This document shows, piece after piece, positions 54,901 through 61,853 of a DNA stretch of 64,000 bases. Under the pieces are notes generated by a model. It did no database searches, was not told the DNA's origin, and saw nothing but the letters and a program-made list of their open reading frames with translations. Every line of letters begins with the position of its first letter. The first letter of the stretch is position 1. The translations under genes and the position numbers were made by a program. This DNA is from Octopus sinensis (Eukaryota), in contig NC_043018.1 of NCBI RefSeq assembly GCF_006345805.1, positions 23,498,001 to 23,562,000 of the forward strand, in the 5' to 3' direction.

Positions 54901-57900
54901 AAAACTGCTTCAAGCGGCGAAATGTGCCCTCTTTCCGCTATGGCCTTGACTGTCCGATGGTGCCTCTCCACGATCCCGTTACCGCCCGCCCTATACGCTG
55001 CTCTGAACAAGCGTCGCACGTTCCACCGATCAAGATAACCACCAATGCTTCCGAACGAAATGCCGCCCCGTTGTCCATCAGTAGTTCTTCCACGGGACCT
55101 CTCTCTAAGAATATCCCGTTCAGGATCTGCACGATCTCGTCAGCAATGCCCGATCTCAACTCCCTCCAAACGGCCAGCCGCCGGCCCACAGTCGACCATG
55201 GAGAGGTACGTTCGCTGACGGTAGTGTGTCACATCCACAGCTAGCCTTTTCCAGTTCTGCTCCATGGAAAGGCTTCCCTGTTCATGCCCACACGGAGCGG
55301 GTCGATGGACTGACACCTGTCGCAGCTCCCGACCACCTTCCGGACGCTTCTCCTGGTCACGTCAGCATCAATCTTTTTTCCAGATACAGGGTCCTGTCCA
55401 CACCCATGTGATGCATAGCGTGCAATTTCAATTTCTTCAGCTCAGAGTCATCCAACCAACACGCCGCAGCTATCCCTCTCCGCGCCTCCTCCGGTTCTTC
55501 CAACCACGCCCTTTTCACCCTGGTCAGTACGTCCGCCTTGTTTTTCTCCGAAGGCACGAAGACCACGTTCAGCTTCAGTCCGAATTCGGCGATCAATTCA
55601 CCTAGAACTCCTAGACGGCGCTTCTAACTCATCTCCGCAGCACTTTCGTCCGCACTCTCTCCTGTCCCGGTGATCACTGATCCTACCCAGCCAAGCACAG
55701 TGGCCGAATCCGTCCGCATTTCAATCGTGCGCAGCCCCCATTTCAAGGCCAAGTTCACCCCTTTCAGCAGCGCGTCTAGTTCGGCGACATTGATGTGGTT
55801 GAAATCATCTGCTTTTCGAAGCCAGGCGCGTCCCTCCACCGCAGTGCCTTCAATTGCCAACACCACCCCTATCGCTATACTGCTAGCATCACACCAGACA
55901 GTCCCGCATTTCGTCCTGGGCACGTACCAGTTCCCCCTGACCGGGTCTTCCGCTCTGTCCTCTCTAGGATCTCCTGCATCATCGCCACCGTCCCTTCTCC
56001 CACCTTGTCGCCCCACCTCTCTCCTTCTGCTCGTCTCTGGTGAAACTACACGCCGTGCGCAGCCATCCAGCGATCGGGTAGTGACCGACCAACTTCCCAC
56101 ACACCGAGAACAGCTCTCTCCTGCTGACGCTGGAACTCAGCTCTGGGATTTCATTTCCTCTCCGGAACACCAATTCACCTGATCTATCTCTTCGCAGCTT
56201 CAGCCCCAGCGCGGCTCCCCCTTCAATCGACTCCGGTGGCTTAGCAATCAGTCCGAACTTCTCCAGATGTCTCACTACCTCGTTGGCTGCCACTACAGTG
56301 TCGTCCACCAAAATGTCGTCAATGTAGGAGCTGGTGGCCTTTCTGATCTTGCCGTCTTTCCCTAGGACGGACCTAAGCACTGCCGCCATGATCTTCGGAG
56401 CAGAATTCAGCCCGAAACCCAGCCTGGTTAGACAGTACGTCCGGCCCTTGTACCGCACCAGCTGATATCGCCATAGTTTGTCGCTCACATGGAGCTGCAA
56501 GTATGCCGATCTCAAGTCGACAATCGTCGCTGCCTCAGTCGACTGTCTCCACTTGCGTAATGCCTCACCACAAACGTCTGCCTCACCTCACCCCCGTGTG
56601 ACACGATATGTGCTGGTTTAGCTCCCTGAAGTCCAGCACCGGTCTGACTTTTCCCTTCGTAGGCTGCACCACCGCCATCAGGGGTAGCACTCCGCCCGCT
56701 ACCTCCTCCTTCCAAGGGACAAGGACCCCTTCCTCGATCCACCTCTCCACCTCGTCTTCAAACTCAACCCTGGCGTGGCCTTTCAGAGTATGCTGGTAAC
56801 AGCTCACCCTGTTCTCCAGTGTCGGGGGCTCGCCCTTCCATTTCCACTCTATCGTCCACCGCTGACCATCGAACGCCGCCTGAAAGTCCTTGTCCTCGAT
56901 GGTGTAAGCGGCGCCGTCCCTCGCGGGGCTCTGCTCCCTCTGGTGATCCTGACTCGCAGTGCACGACGCCCCCATGCTTCCGAACGTGACCTTATTTCCC
57001 ACAACGCTGACGCCACCGAGGCAGTTGATGGGTCCATCCCCATCACCACATCAACTCCATTTATCACACGTTCGGCCACAATTGCCTGTAGCCTTAGTGT
57101 CGCGCCGCGCACCACTATCTCTACCGTGCTGCTGCCTCTGCAACGGATTTCGCTGCCGTCGACCGCCCGGACACTACACACCCCGTTCCATTCCTTCGTC
57201 ACCCTCGAAGTCACCAGGGTGGTCGTACAGCCCGTATCCACGAGGGCCTTGAACGCCTCCCCCTCGGCCTCCACGTCAATCACTGGCAGTGTCTCCAATA
57301 GCGCCTCTACTCGTTTGAGGGGAAAGTTCGAGAGGCAGCAACTTCCCCGCGGTCGTTCCCTGGCCGCAATCACGGGCAATGTGCCCTGTCTGCCTGCATC
57401 GATAGCAAACTGGCCCCGGCTGCGTACAGTCCCGCGCCATGTGCGGTCCTTGGCATTTAAAACATCGTCCTGAGAACGGCCGCTCTCGTTGCACGGGGCT
57501 TCCGTACCTCTTTCTCGAGACGTCGTCCGTCTTTACGCGCCTCCGTCACCGCCATCACTATCCCCTTCCGCCCCGAGTGTCTCGTCAACCCGCGAGCATG
57601 AGAGTTACAAGCTCGCTCAATGGCATCTTTTTGACCCGGGCAGTTGTTGTAGGTGAATCCCTACATCATCGGGGAACCCATTTACAAATGCCAGTCGGGC
57701 TGCTCTCTCCATTCCTTCTCCGGCAAACCCGGCCAGAGTCGCTAGCCTTCTAGCTTCCGCCGCAAAATCATCCACCTGGCCTCCCGTCCACCTGATTGCA
57801 CCCAGCTTAGCGAAAGCTGTGTACTCGCATTCTGTGTATGCGTCACACAAGCGCCGCTCTATATTCCCATCGCAGAGCCGTTCTTTTTCGTCCATTTCCA

Positions 57901-60900
57901 GGTAAAGCGACAACGCACTTCCTTCCAAATACAGGGCCATAAGACTCGCCACGTCGCTTATGCCCTGCAGTCTCGCCACCAGCCTGATTTTCTGAATCCA
58001 GGCCACTACATCGCCTTCGCCGTTAAAAGGTCTGACGACGTCACTGGCGATCCTAATTTTTGCCGACATCGTGTTGACAAAAATGTTGAAAAAAATGTGA
58101 ACGCTGACTAAATGCCGAAATAGCTGTGGTTGATGAAGGAGCACAACAGAACAAAGGAGGAATAGGAAACAGAAGTGCAACAGGGTCTTACCTGACAGGG
58201 GATGAAGTCGGATGGCCTTCAGCCAACTTGCTCGCGTTTCGTCGTTCGGTCGGTCCTTGCTCCGGTCTGTCGCCACCGCTCGATGCCGCACGTGCCTTTT
58301 GTCGCTCACTCCGCTTCCGCCGGCGCATGCGCCCTGCAAGACCTGTAAGCATCACTTCCGCTCCCGCCCGTCCCGTCACACTCCTTCATCACCACACCAC
58401 AAGTTGTACATCTTGTGAGTTGTACATCTTGTGTGTTGTACATCTTGTGAGTTGTACATCTTGTGTGTTGTACATCTTGTGAGTTGTACATCTTGTGTGT
58501 TGTACATCTGTGAGTTGTACATCTTGTGAGTTGTACATCTTGTGAGTTGTACATCTTGTGAGTTGTGAGTCTTGTGCACTGTTAGTCTTGTAAGTTGTTG
58601 GTTTTATGAGTTGTGAGACAACTCACAAGACTCTTGTAACAGTCTGTAAGTTGTAAGTCTTGCGTGTTGTTAGAAAATATTTTGTATTGTTAGATAGATT
58701 TATGTTGTGAAATGCTTTTGTGTGTTGTGACAGTCTTGTGTTATCAGATATCGCCACCTGGTCCAACATGTTGTTTTACATCTTATATATCAACATGTGT
58801 TAATGTTTCCTCATGTAGTCTTCTAAATTCTTGCAGGACGTGAACTTGATGGAATCTATTTTGCAATGACATTCCTGTCAACCTGGCAAAAGATTCAAGA
58901 ATCCAACAGTTCTGACCAAAGTACGATTTCTGCCAAAGACAAGACTGTTTTGGTGATTGGTGGTGGAGACACTGGTGTGGACTGCATCGGAACATCCCTG
59001 CGACAGGTATTTCTAACTCCTTGATCCTATATTTCTTTCTCCCACCTCTTGAGAGGCTGCTACTTTATTCACCATGGTGAACCTTTCTGATATTTTGACA
59101 TAGGTGCAGGCTAAGCTGTATGGCTGTGAAGCAAATTTATGAGGCACATAACCAAGTGTGCCCCTTTCTCTCTCTCCCCGCTGTGTTTGTTCTGATCGAA
59201 TCCCTCCATGTACCTCCTAACAACAATGTAAACTTCATTTAATGAAGATACTCTCGGCCTGAAGAGTTCCCCCTGCGGTATACACCTCGCCTGGATATTT
59301 ACCACTTCCGAGGTTCCGCTCTGTATGAAACATTTATGGCCCAGATTGTATCTATTCCATTCCTTAACTCTTGGATTTTTATTCATATACCTGGCAACCC
59401 TGGCTGCCTGCTTTCTCTCTTTACTCTTTTACTTGTTTCAGTCATTTGACTGTGGCCATGCTGGAGCACCGCTTTTAGTCGAGCAAATCAACCCCAGGAC
59501 TTATTCTTTGTAAGCCTAGTACTTATTCTATTGGTCTCTTTTGCCAAACCGCTAAACATACCAGCATCGGTTGTCAAATGATGTGGGGGGTGGGACAAAC
59601 ACAGACACACAAACATATACACATGTGTATGTTTATATATATCTAATGTGTATCTTTTAACCATATGTAGAATAGGAGAAGCTGTCCAGTTCTTAACGTG
59701 CCACAACCAACAGGGGTGATTCATCTTTGTACTTATTATTGAACATACGGAAATAAATGACTGACATTTCTATTTTTTTCAGGGAGCAAAGAGCGTGATA
59801 AACTTTGAAATCTTGCCCCCTCCACCACCATCTCGAGCTGATGATAATCCTTGGCCTCTCTGGCCAAAAGTCTTCAGAGTTGACTACGGCCATGCTGAGG
59901 TTGCTCACAGATTTGGCCATGATCCCAGGATATTCAATATTCTGAGTAAGGTAAGTAGAACATACACTGACCGCTGCAGTCTATTATCGTAGTTCTCCTT
60001 AGCTTCTGCACTGTGTGTGTGCGTGTATGTAGTAATATGAGTATGTAATGCACACTGCTACTGTCCATGATCATAGCAGCTTTTATTAACTTCTGGACTG
60101 TGTATGCATGTATTGTGTATATATAGTATTGTGCAAATATAGTGATGTATGTGTGTGTATGTATGAGTAACAACCTAGTCTTTCTTATGATCAAAGTTGA
60201 CTTTTATCACATCCAAGGTCAAGAAAGGACTACTAATAAAAAAATATTTAACAAAAAAAGACAACAAAATAACAAAGAGGATTTTGAAATAAAAATAAAA
60301 TAAAATTTTATTATTTATTTAAATTTTCCTTTTTCTAGGAATTTCTGGATGATGGCAATGGAAATGTGCGTGGTGTTCGGACTGTCCAGGTTGAGTGGAA
60401 GAAAGATGAAAATGGACGGTACCAGATGGCTGAATTACCAGGTAACCATGATGAATACACTTTACACCTATGGTTTACTGCCTGACGGGTAGTAAAAATA
60501 GTGATTTTTGTTGGGTGTAGAAATACATGGTATATGTCGGGCTGTGAAAATAGTATTAGTATGGATATCACCGTGACCGACCAGGCCATCAGATGTCGCA
60601 ATTCATTTCTACAGCTGAGTGAACTGGAACAACGTGAAATAAAGGGTCTTGCTCAAGAACACAATACACTCCTCTCTGGGAATTGAACTCACTACCTTGT
60701 GATTGTGAGCCCAATGCTCTAACCACTGAACCATGTGCTAAAGGGTTAAAGACTTGTTGTGTTTTCTCTATCTAAATCCCTCGATCCTGTTAGAAACTAG
60801 AGGTTTTGATGAAATGTTGTTAGTTCAGTATAAAAAACAGATCATAAAAATATAACTCTTGTGTGACTTCTGATGGAATTTACTGATTCACTGTAATGAT

Positions 60901-61853
60901 TGTTGGTGTTCATTGTGAATGTATTTTTTTTTTATCAGTTGTCCTATCACTTTCACTTACCCAATCTAATAGATTGAATACAGTTAAGTTGATGGCATAC
61001 ATATTTTCTTATGTATTTGCAAGATATCATTTCCTGGATTTTATCATTTTATCATTTCCTGTTAAATCATTAAATGATGAAATTATTGATAAATAATATC
61101 CCCGAATTCTAACTCACTACTTGAGTCAGTTCACTGTTATTATGCTTGAAAATGGAAGGAAGAAAAAAATTCTGAGAAATTTATTTGACAAAATGTCAAA
61201 AATTAACATACATGCAAGAAGTTCTTTCTGAAATGAAGCTGAACTTTGTTTCTCACACAGAGGAGTGCTTAGTTCCAGTTTTTGATATGACAAATAAATA
61301 ATAATGAAATTATTGTATACAGTGCTCAGGTGCACCACAACTTGTCAGAAAGTGCGTATAAAGTATATGCAGTAATGTACAATTGTCTGGAAAGCGAACA
61401 ATGTATGAGTCAGATACATGCTTGTGTGTGTATGGAGGGGAGAAAATAAGGTGTAGCATTGGCGAAACTCAGAAAGCATGGAAGTTTTGAAGGATGCAGT
61501 GCTCGGACAACTAACAACTAATGCCGGCAGTTTGTTCCATGCTTCAGCAACTCTCAGCGTGAAAAATAGTAACACTATTTCAATAGTTGATTCATATGGT
61601 TAAGGATTTGGCAACAAGTGCAGATATATGGTATTTACCAATTTATCAATGCCTCTTGACAATCTGTGATATTGATTTTTTCCAGAAACTGAGAAAGTAT
61701 ATGAATGTGACCTAGTGATTATTGCCATGGGTTTTCTGGGACCAGAAAAAGACATTCTCAATGAACTGGAAATAAAACTTGATCCCAGAGGCAACTGCGA
61801 AACTCCCAAAAATAAATACTCCACAAATATCCCTGGTGTTTATGCAGCTGGAG
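460..61853 (+). CDS. GLT1: NADH-dependent glutamate synthase (fused GltB/GltD-like GOGAT); multi-exon, partial at both ends and across the assembly gap
   Basis: 31 exons with canonical AG/GT borders and matching phases. Spliced translation shows GATase motifs ([16 protein letters not shown]), FMN domain ([37 protein letters not shown]), 3Fe-4S motif [24 protein letters not shown] beta-helix, and beta-subunit motifs [34 protein letters not shown]. Confidence 0.97.
735..1340. repeat. ~21-bp minisatellite (TGCTGTGAAATGTAGCCAGGTG-like), roughly 25 or more units
   Basis: Direct reading; preceded by a hAT-like end GGGGTTCCCAAAC at about 689. Confidence 0.9.
2849..2895 (+). ncRNA. Degenerate minimal type-I hammerhead ribozyme
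   Basis: GCGTGTG-TTGACAA-GAGA ctataa TCTC-GAAA-CTGCAG-TC-CATGCGT: stem I, core with two changes from CUGANGA, 4-bp stem II, palindromic stem III ACTGCAGT, GUC site. Confidence 0.65.
3240..3394 (+). CDS. GLT1: GOGAT exon: (A)[51 protein letters not shown]
   Basis: ttgtag|CT ... AAG|gtaact. Confidence 0.95.
5100..5690 (-). mobile_element. R4/Dong-clade non-LTR retrotransposon 3' fragment (RLE domain), flanked by (TAA)n
   Basis: Decayed translation [97 protein letters not shown]. Confidence 0.8.
5900..6580. repeat. (TA)n-rich microsatellite; similar tracts at 42215-42594 and many shorter sites. (GAT)n at 175-427.
   Basis: Direct reading. Confidence 0.95.
6699..6824 (+). CDS. GLT1: GOGAT exon: [42 protein letters not shown]
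   Basis: ttccag|CAT ... GAA|gtaaga. Confidence 0.93.
7681..7865 (+). CDS. GLT1: GOGAT exon: [61 protein letters not shown](K)
   Basis: ttccag|AGC ... AA|gtaagt; FGYT..E....L..PM motif at the start of the central domain. Confidence 0.9.
9404..9503. other. Assembly gap (100 N, size unknown)
   Basis: Run of exactly 100 N. Confidence 0.99.
10167..10277 (+). CDS. GLT1: GOGAT exon: [37 protein letters not shown]
   Basis: ttacag|GGT ... GAG|gtttgt. Confidence 0.95.
11152..11916 (+). mobile_element. Family B repeat with RTE-like tail and internal ~62-bp tandem array. Other copies: 13725-14035, 44749-45232 (minus); 28020-28230, 29235-29565, 37250-37675, 46560-46755 (plus)
   Basis: Tail GGCGTTAGGAAGGGCATCCAGCTGTAGAAAC...GGACGTTAAA(TGA)n; internal unit TGGCACCTGTGTCGGTGGCACATAAAAACACCATCCGAGCGTGGCCGTCTGCCAGCCTCGTC. 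The RTE assignment is from recalled tail similarity. Confidence 0.75.
12104..12238 (+). CDS. GLT1: GOGAT exon: [45 protein letters not shown]
   Basis: ctgtag|ACC ... CAG|gtaact; [10 protein letters not shown] motif. Confidence 0.95.
17237..17455. mobile_element. piggyBac-type MITE inserted into a SINE; relatives at about 7973-8195 and 44653-45348 (the latter interrupted by a SINE)
   Basis: TTAA|CCCTTTAG ... CTAAAGGG|TTAA. Confidence 0.8.
17695..17869 (+). CDS. GLT1: GOGAT exon: [58 protein letters not shown](G)
   Basis: tcttag|CAT ... ACTG|gtaaag. Confidence 0.95.
18408..18628. mobile_element. piggyBac-type MITE (second family)
   Basis: TTAA|CCCTTTCGTTAC ... GTAACGAAAGTG|TTAA. Confidence 0.75.
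18937..19097 (+). CDS. GLT1: GOGAT exon, FMN domain: (G)[53 protein letters not shown]
   Basis: ttttag|GT ... CAG|gtgatt. Confidence 0.96.
20729..20845 (+). CDS. GLT1: GOGAT exon: [39 protein letters not shown]
   Basis: ttccag|GTT ... AAG|gtatat. Confidence 0.96.
22505..22606 (+). CDS. GLT1: GOGAT exon: [34 protein letters not shown]
   Basis: ttctag|GTA ... GAG|gtaagc. Confidence 0.96.
23173..23271 (+). CDS. GLT1: GOGAT exon: [33 protein letters not shown]
   Basis: acacag|TTA ... AAG|gtaaga. Confidence 0.96.
23778..23958 (+). CDS. GLT1: GOGAT exon: [60 protein letters not shown](G)
   Basis: tgaag|GGC ... ACAG|gtttgt. Confidence 0.95.
24610..25646 (-). mobile_element. Internally deleted mariner DNA transposon, with an RTE-tailed SINE fragment inserted at about 24925-25075
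   Basis: TA-flanked TIRs TGAGGGGGTACCCAAAA / TAAGGGGGTACTCAAAA; decayed transposase [28 protein letters not shown]...LEDQP..G and VIPGDRSW (VITGDESW-like). Confidence 0.85.
26266..26660 (+). mobile_element. Two tandem copies (period 246) of the ~150-bp hammerhead-bearing repeat also found at 35852-36081, embedded in (TA)n
   Basis: Shared sequence aaaactgtcc..cgaacgggaacgtgaaactc...tactccgg; the core here is CCAACGA (G5A). Confidence 0.75.
27150..27283 (+). CDS. GLT1: GOGAT exon with 3Fe-4S ligands: (G)[44 protein letters not shown]
   Basis: ttgtag|GG ... CAG|gtaaat. Confidence 0.96.
27898..27972 (+). CDS. GLT1: GOGAT exon: [25 protein letters not shown]
   Basis: ctccag|GAT ... GAG|gtttgt. 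Confidence 0.95.
28721..28930 (+). CDS. GLT1: GOGAT exon: [25 protein letters not shown]...[10 protein letters not shown]
   Basis: ttacag|GTG ... CTG|gtgagt. Confidence 0.95.
30676..31310. mobile_element. hAT (Charlie-type) non-autonomous element
   Basis: TIRs CAGTATTTCTCAAC / GTTGAGAAACACTG; 8-bp TSD CACTATAC / CCCTATAC (7 of 8). Confidence 0.8.
30862..30906 (-). ncRNA. Degenerate minimal hammerhead (different family)
   Basis: Minus strand ATAC-CTGATAA-CGGCTG gagagtacat CAGCC-GAAA-TGTT-GTG; core G8 and stem III mutated. Confidence 0.5.
31439..31563 (+). CDS. GLT1: GOGAT exon: [41 protein letters not shown](R)
   Basis: ttgaag|GAC ... AG|gtaaga. Confidence 0.93.
32694..32832 (+). CDS. GLT1: GOGAT exon, GXGXG domain: (R)[46 protein letters not shown]
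   Basis: tcacag|G ... AAG|gtgagt; phase matches both neighbours. Confidence 0.93.
33446..33631 (+). CDS. GLT1: GOGAT exon: [62 protein letters not shown]
   Basis: ttacag|TGT ... GAG|gtaagt. Confidence 0.95.
34686..35115. repeat. ~21-bp GACA-based minisatellite (GACAGACAGACAAGCATGGGT variants)
   Basis: Direct reading. Confidence 0.85.
35367..35482 (+). CDS. GLT1: GOGAT exon: [38 protein letters not shown](K)
   Basis: tttcag|GGT ... AA|gtaagt. Confidence 0.96.
35948..35995 (-). ncRNA. Second, inverted copy of the same minimal hammerhead
   Basis: Reverse complement of 36007-36053 with a single C>T change in stem II (G.U pair). Confidence 0.65.
36007..36053 (+). ncRNA. Minimal type-I hammerhead ribozyme (U4C core variant)
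   Basis: AAAACTGT-CCGACGA-ACG ggaa CGT-GAAA-CTC a GAG-TA-ACAG(G)TTTT; 8-bp bulged stem I, GUA site at 36042-36044. Confidence 0.7.
38349..38580 (+). mobile_element. tRNA-derived SINE family C (representative). Other copies near 1680-2110, 8195-8600, 17095-17515, 38915-39142, 47145-47610, 51147-51378, 63435-64000
   Basis: Head GGCGAGCTGGCAGAAACG, B box GAGTTCAAATTCC, central GCCTTTCATCCTTTCGGGGTCGATAAATTAAGTACCAG (resembles the Meta-type SINE domain; inference). Confidence 0.8.
39494..39989 (+). CDS. GLT1: GOGAT exon: end of alpha (GltB-like) part (MFHQRCN...[13 protein letters not shown]) plus long low-complexity linker
   Basis: tttcag|A ATG AAG ... GAT AAA|gtaagt; 496 nt open, and the phase fits the next exon. 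Confidence 0.9.
40847..40941 (+). CDS. GLT1: GOGAT exon: [31 protein letters not shown](R)
   Basis: tttcag|CCA ... AG|gtgagg; DIED and DKLR motifs at the alpha/beta junction. Confidence 0.92.
42595..42931 (+). mobile_element. tRNA(Val-like)-derived SINE; related heads at 3866-4155, 43110-43375, 49185-49480
   Basis: GGCATATGGCTCAGTGGTTAGAGCG...CTTACGA...GCTCGAATCCC head, then TTCTTGAGCAAGGCACTT body and CTTTA tail repeats. Confidence 0.7.
43465..43587 (+). CDS. GLT1: GOGAT exon, beta subunit start: (R)[40 protein letters not shown](R)
   Basis: ttgcag|G ... AG|gtaaaa. Confidence 0.95.
46293..46383 (+). CDS. GLT1: GOGAT exon with 4Fe-4S ligands: (R)[30 protein letters not shown]
   Basis: caacag|A ... 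CAG|gtatgt. Confidence 0.96.
46868..47137 (+). mobile_element. R4/Dong-clade fragment (RLE region)
   Basis: Translation [53 protein letters not shown]. Confidence 0.75.
47930..48985. repeat. ~1.05-kb compound (TTA/TCA)n microsatellite with higher-order units
   Basis: Recurrent marker TCATTGTTATCATTATTATCATCATCA between variable (TTA)n runs. Confidence 0.95.
49035..49121 (+). CDS. GLT1: GOGAT exon: [29 protein letters not shown]
   Basis: ttttag|GGT ... GAA|gtaagg. Confidence 0.96.
49753..50142 (+). mobile_element. tRNA-derived SINE family A (representative). Other copies: 4593-5022, 8813-9272, 14121-14536, 20183-20565, 43721-44115 (minus); 21340-21700, 37070-37885 (plus)
   Basis: A box TGGCTGTGTGG, B box GGTTCAGTCCC, CORE-like CACCTTGGGCAAGT, internal (TA/TG)n, tail ending in (GTAAAAGA)n; many near-identical copies. 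Confidence 0.85.
50370..50555 (+). CDS. GLT1: GOGAT exon: [62 protein letters not shown]
   Basis: tttcag|GGT ... AAG|gtgact; FAD-binding GSGPAG. Confidence 0.96.
52498..52727. mobile_element. hAT (Charlie-type) MITE, 230 bp
   Basis: Perfect 8-bp TSD CACTAGAG (52490-52497, 52728-52735); TIRs CAG(CAG)CAGTTCTCAACC / GGTTGAGCAATACTG. Confidence 0.8.
52846..53230. repeat. ~25-28-bp minisatellite (TTTTTCACATCTGTAGCTGTGAGTCC)
   Basis: Direct reading; decays toward the exon at 53279. Confidence 0.85.
53279..53368 (+). CDS. GLT1: GOGAT exon: [30 protein letters not shown]
   Basis: ttctag|GGT ... AAA|gtaagt. Confidence 0.95.
53838..53997 (+). CDS. GLT1: GOGAT exon: [53 protein letters not shown](G)
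   Basis: ttgtag|GTC ... CCAG|gtagac. Confidence 0.95.
54136..54408 (-). repeat. 3' LTR (273 bp)
   Basis: Direct repeat of 58125-58401, adjacent to the PPT. Confidence 0.92.
54396..58069 (-). pseudogene. gag-pol of the LTR element, split by multiple frameshifts
   Basis: Consecutive minus-strand ORF pieces in different frames (57617-58069, 57276-57494, 56849-57379, 56583-57002, 55979-56515, 55624-56100, 55357-55596, 54938-55189, 54396-55019) each carry part of the domain series. Confidence 0.85.
58114..58125 (-). promoter_or_regulatory. Putative primer-binding site complementary to nt 1-12 of tRNA-Phe(GAA)
   Basis: + strand reads GCCGAAATAGCT, abutting and overlapping the LTR end by 1 nt; identical to the recalled metazoan tRNA-Phe 5' end GCCGAAATAGCTCAGTTGG. 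Confidence 0.75.
58125..58401 (-). repeat. 5' LTR (277 bp)
   Basis: Direct repeat of 54136-54408; imperfect terminal inverted repeats TGTGG(T)TGATGAAG / CTTCATCACCACA. Confidence 0.92.
58402..58575. repeat. 16-bp minisatellite (AGTTGTACATCTTGTG) at the LTR insertion site; related units at 54085-54135
   Basis: Direct reading. Confidence 0.9.
58837..59006 (+). CDS. GLT1: GOGAT exon: (G)[56 protein letters not shown]
   Basis: ttgcag|GA ... CAG|gtattt; pyridine-nucleotide-binding GGGDTG. Confidence 0.96.
59110..59390 (-). mobile_element. Possible decayed non-LTR RT fragment
   Basis: [21 protein letters not shown] loosely resembles the RT G.QG..L.P motif; weak. Confidence 0.3.
59783..59950 (+). 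CDS. GLT1: GOGAT exon: [56 protein letters not shown]
   Basis: tttcag|GGA ... AAG|gtaagt. Confidence 0.96.
60339..60441 (+). CDS. GLT1: GOGAT exon: [34 protein letters not shown](E)
   Basis: ttctag|GAA ... CCAG|gtaacc. Confidence 0.95.
61330..61580 (-). mobile_element. CR1-like LINE 3' end fragment
   Basis: Translation [27 protein letters not shown], typical of the CR1 ORF2 C-terminus. Confidence 0.7.
61686..61853 (+). CDS. GLT1: GOGAT exon: (E)[55 protein letters not shown](D)
   Basis: ttccag|AA ... GGAG|gtaagt; the final exon (DCRRGQSLVVW-type) is not in the window. Confidence 0.95.

Larger units (their letters stand above)
54136..58401 (-). mobile_element. Full-length LTR retrotransposon with Ty3/Gypsy-like gene order gag-PR-RT-RH-IN, antisense within a GOGAT intron
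   Basis: Two near-identical LTRs with TG...CA ends; 5-bp TSD AGTTG (54131-54135 and 58402-58406); PPT AGGGGGGGCG (54409-54418, minus); Gag ATG at 58069; zinc knuckles [13 protein letters not shown] and [14 protein letters not shown]; protease LVDTGC; [14 protein letters not shown]...[10 protein letters not shown]...YIDD; RNase H WCDAS...HINVAELDA...TDS; integrase HHMG...DNGAAF...[13 protein letters not shown]. Confidence 0.95.

Noticed and set aside
57617-58339. ORF starting inside the 5' LTR and reading into gag
   Set aside because: The upstream part is LTR sequence, probably untranslated; the likely Gag start is the ATG at 58069.
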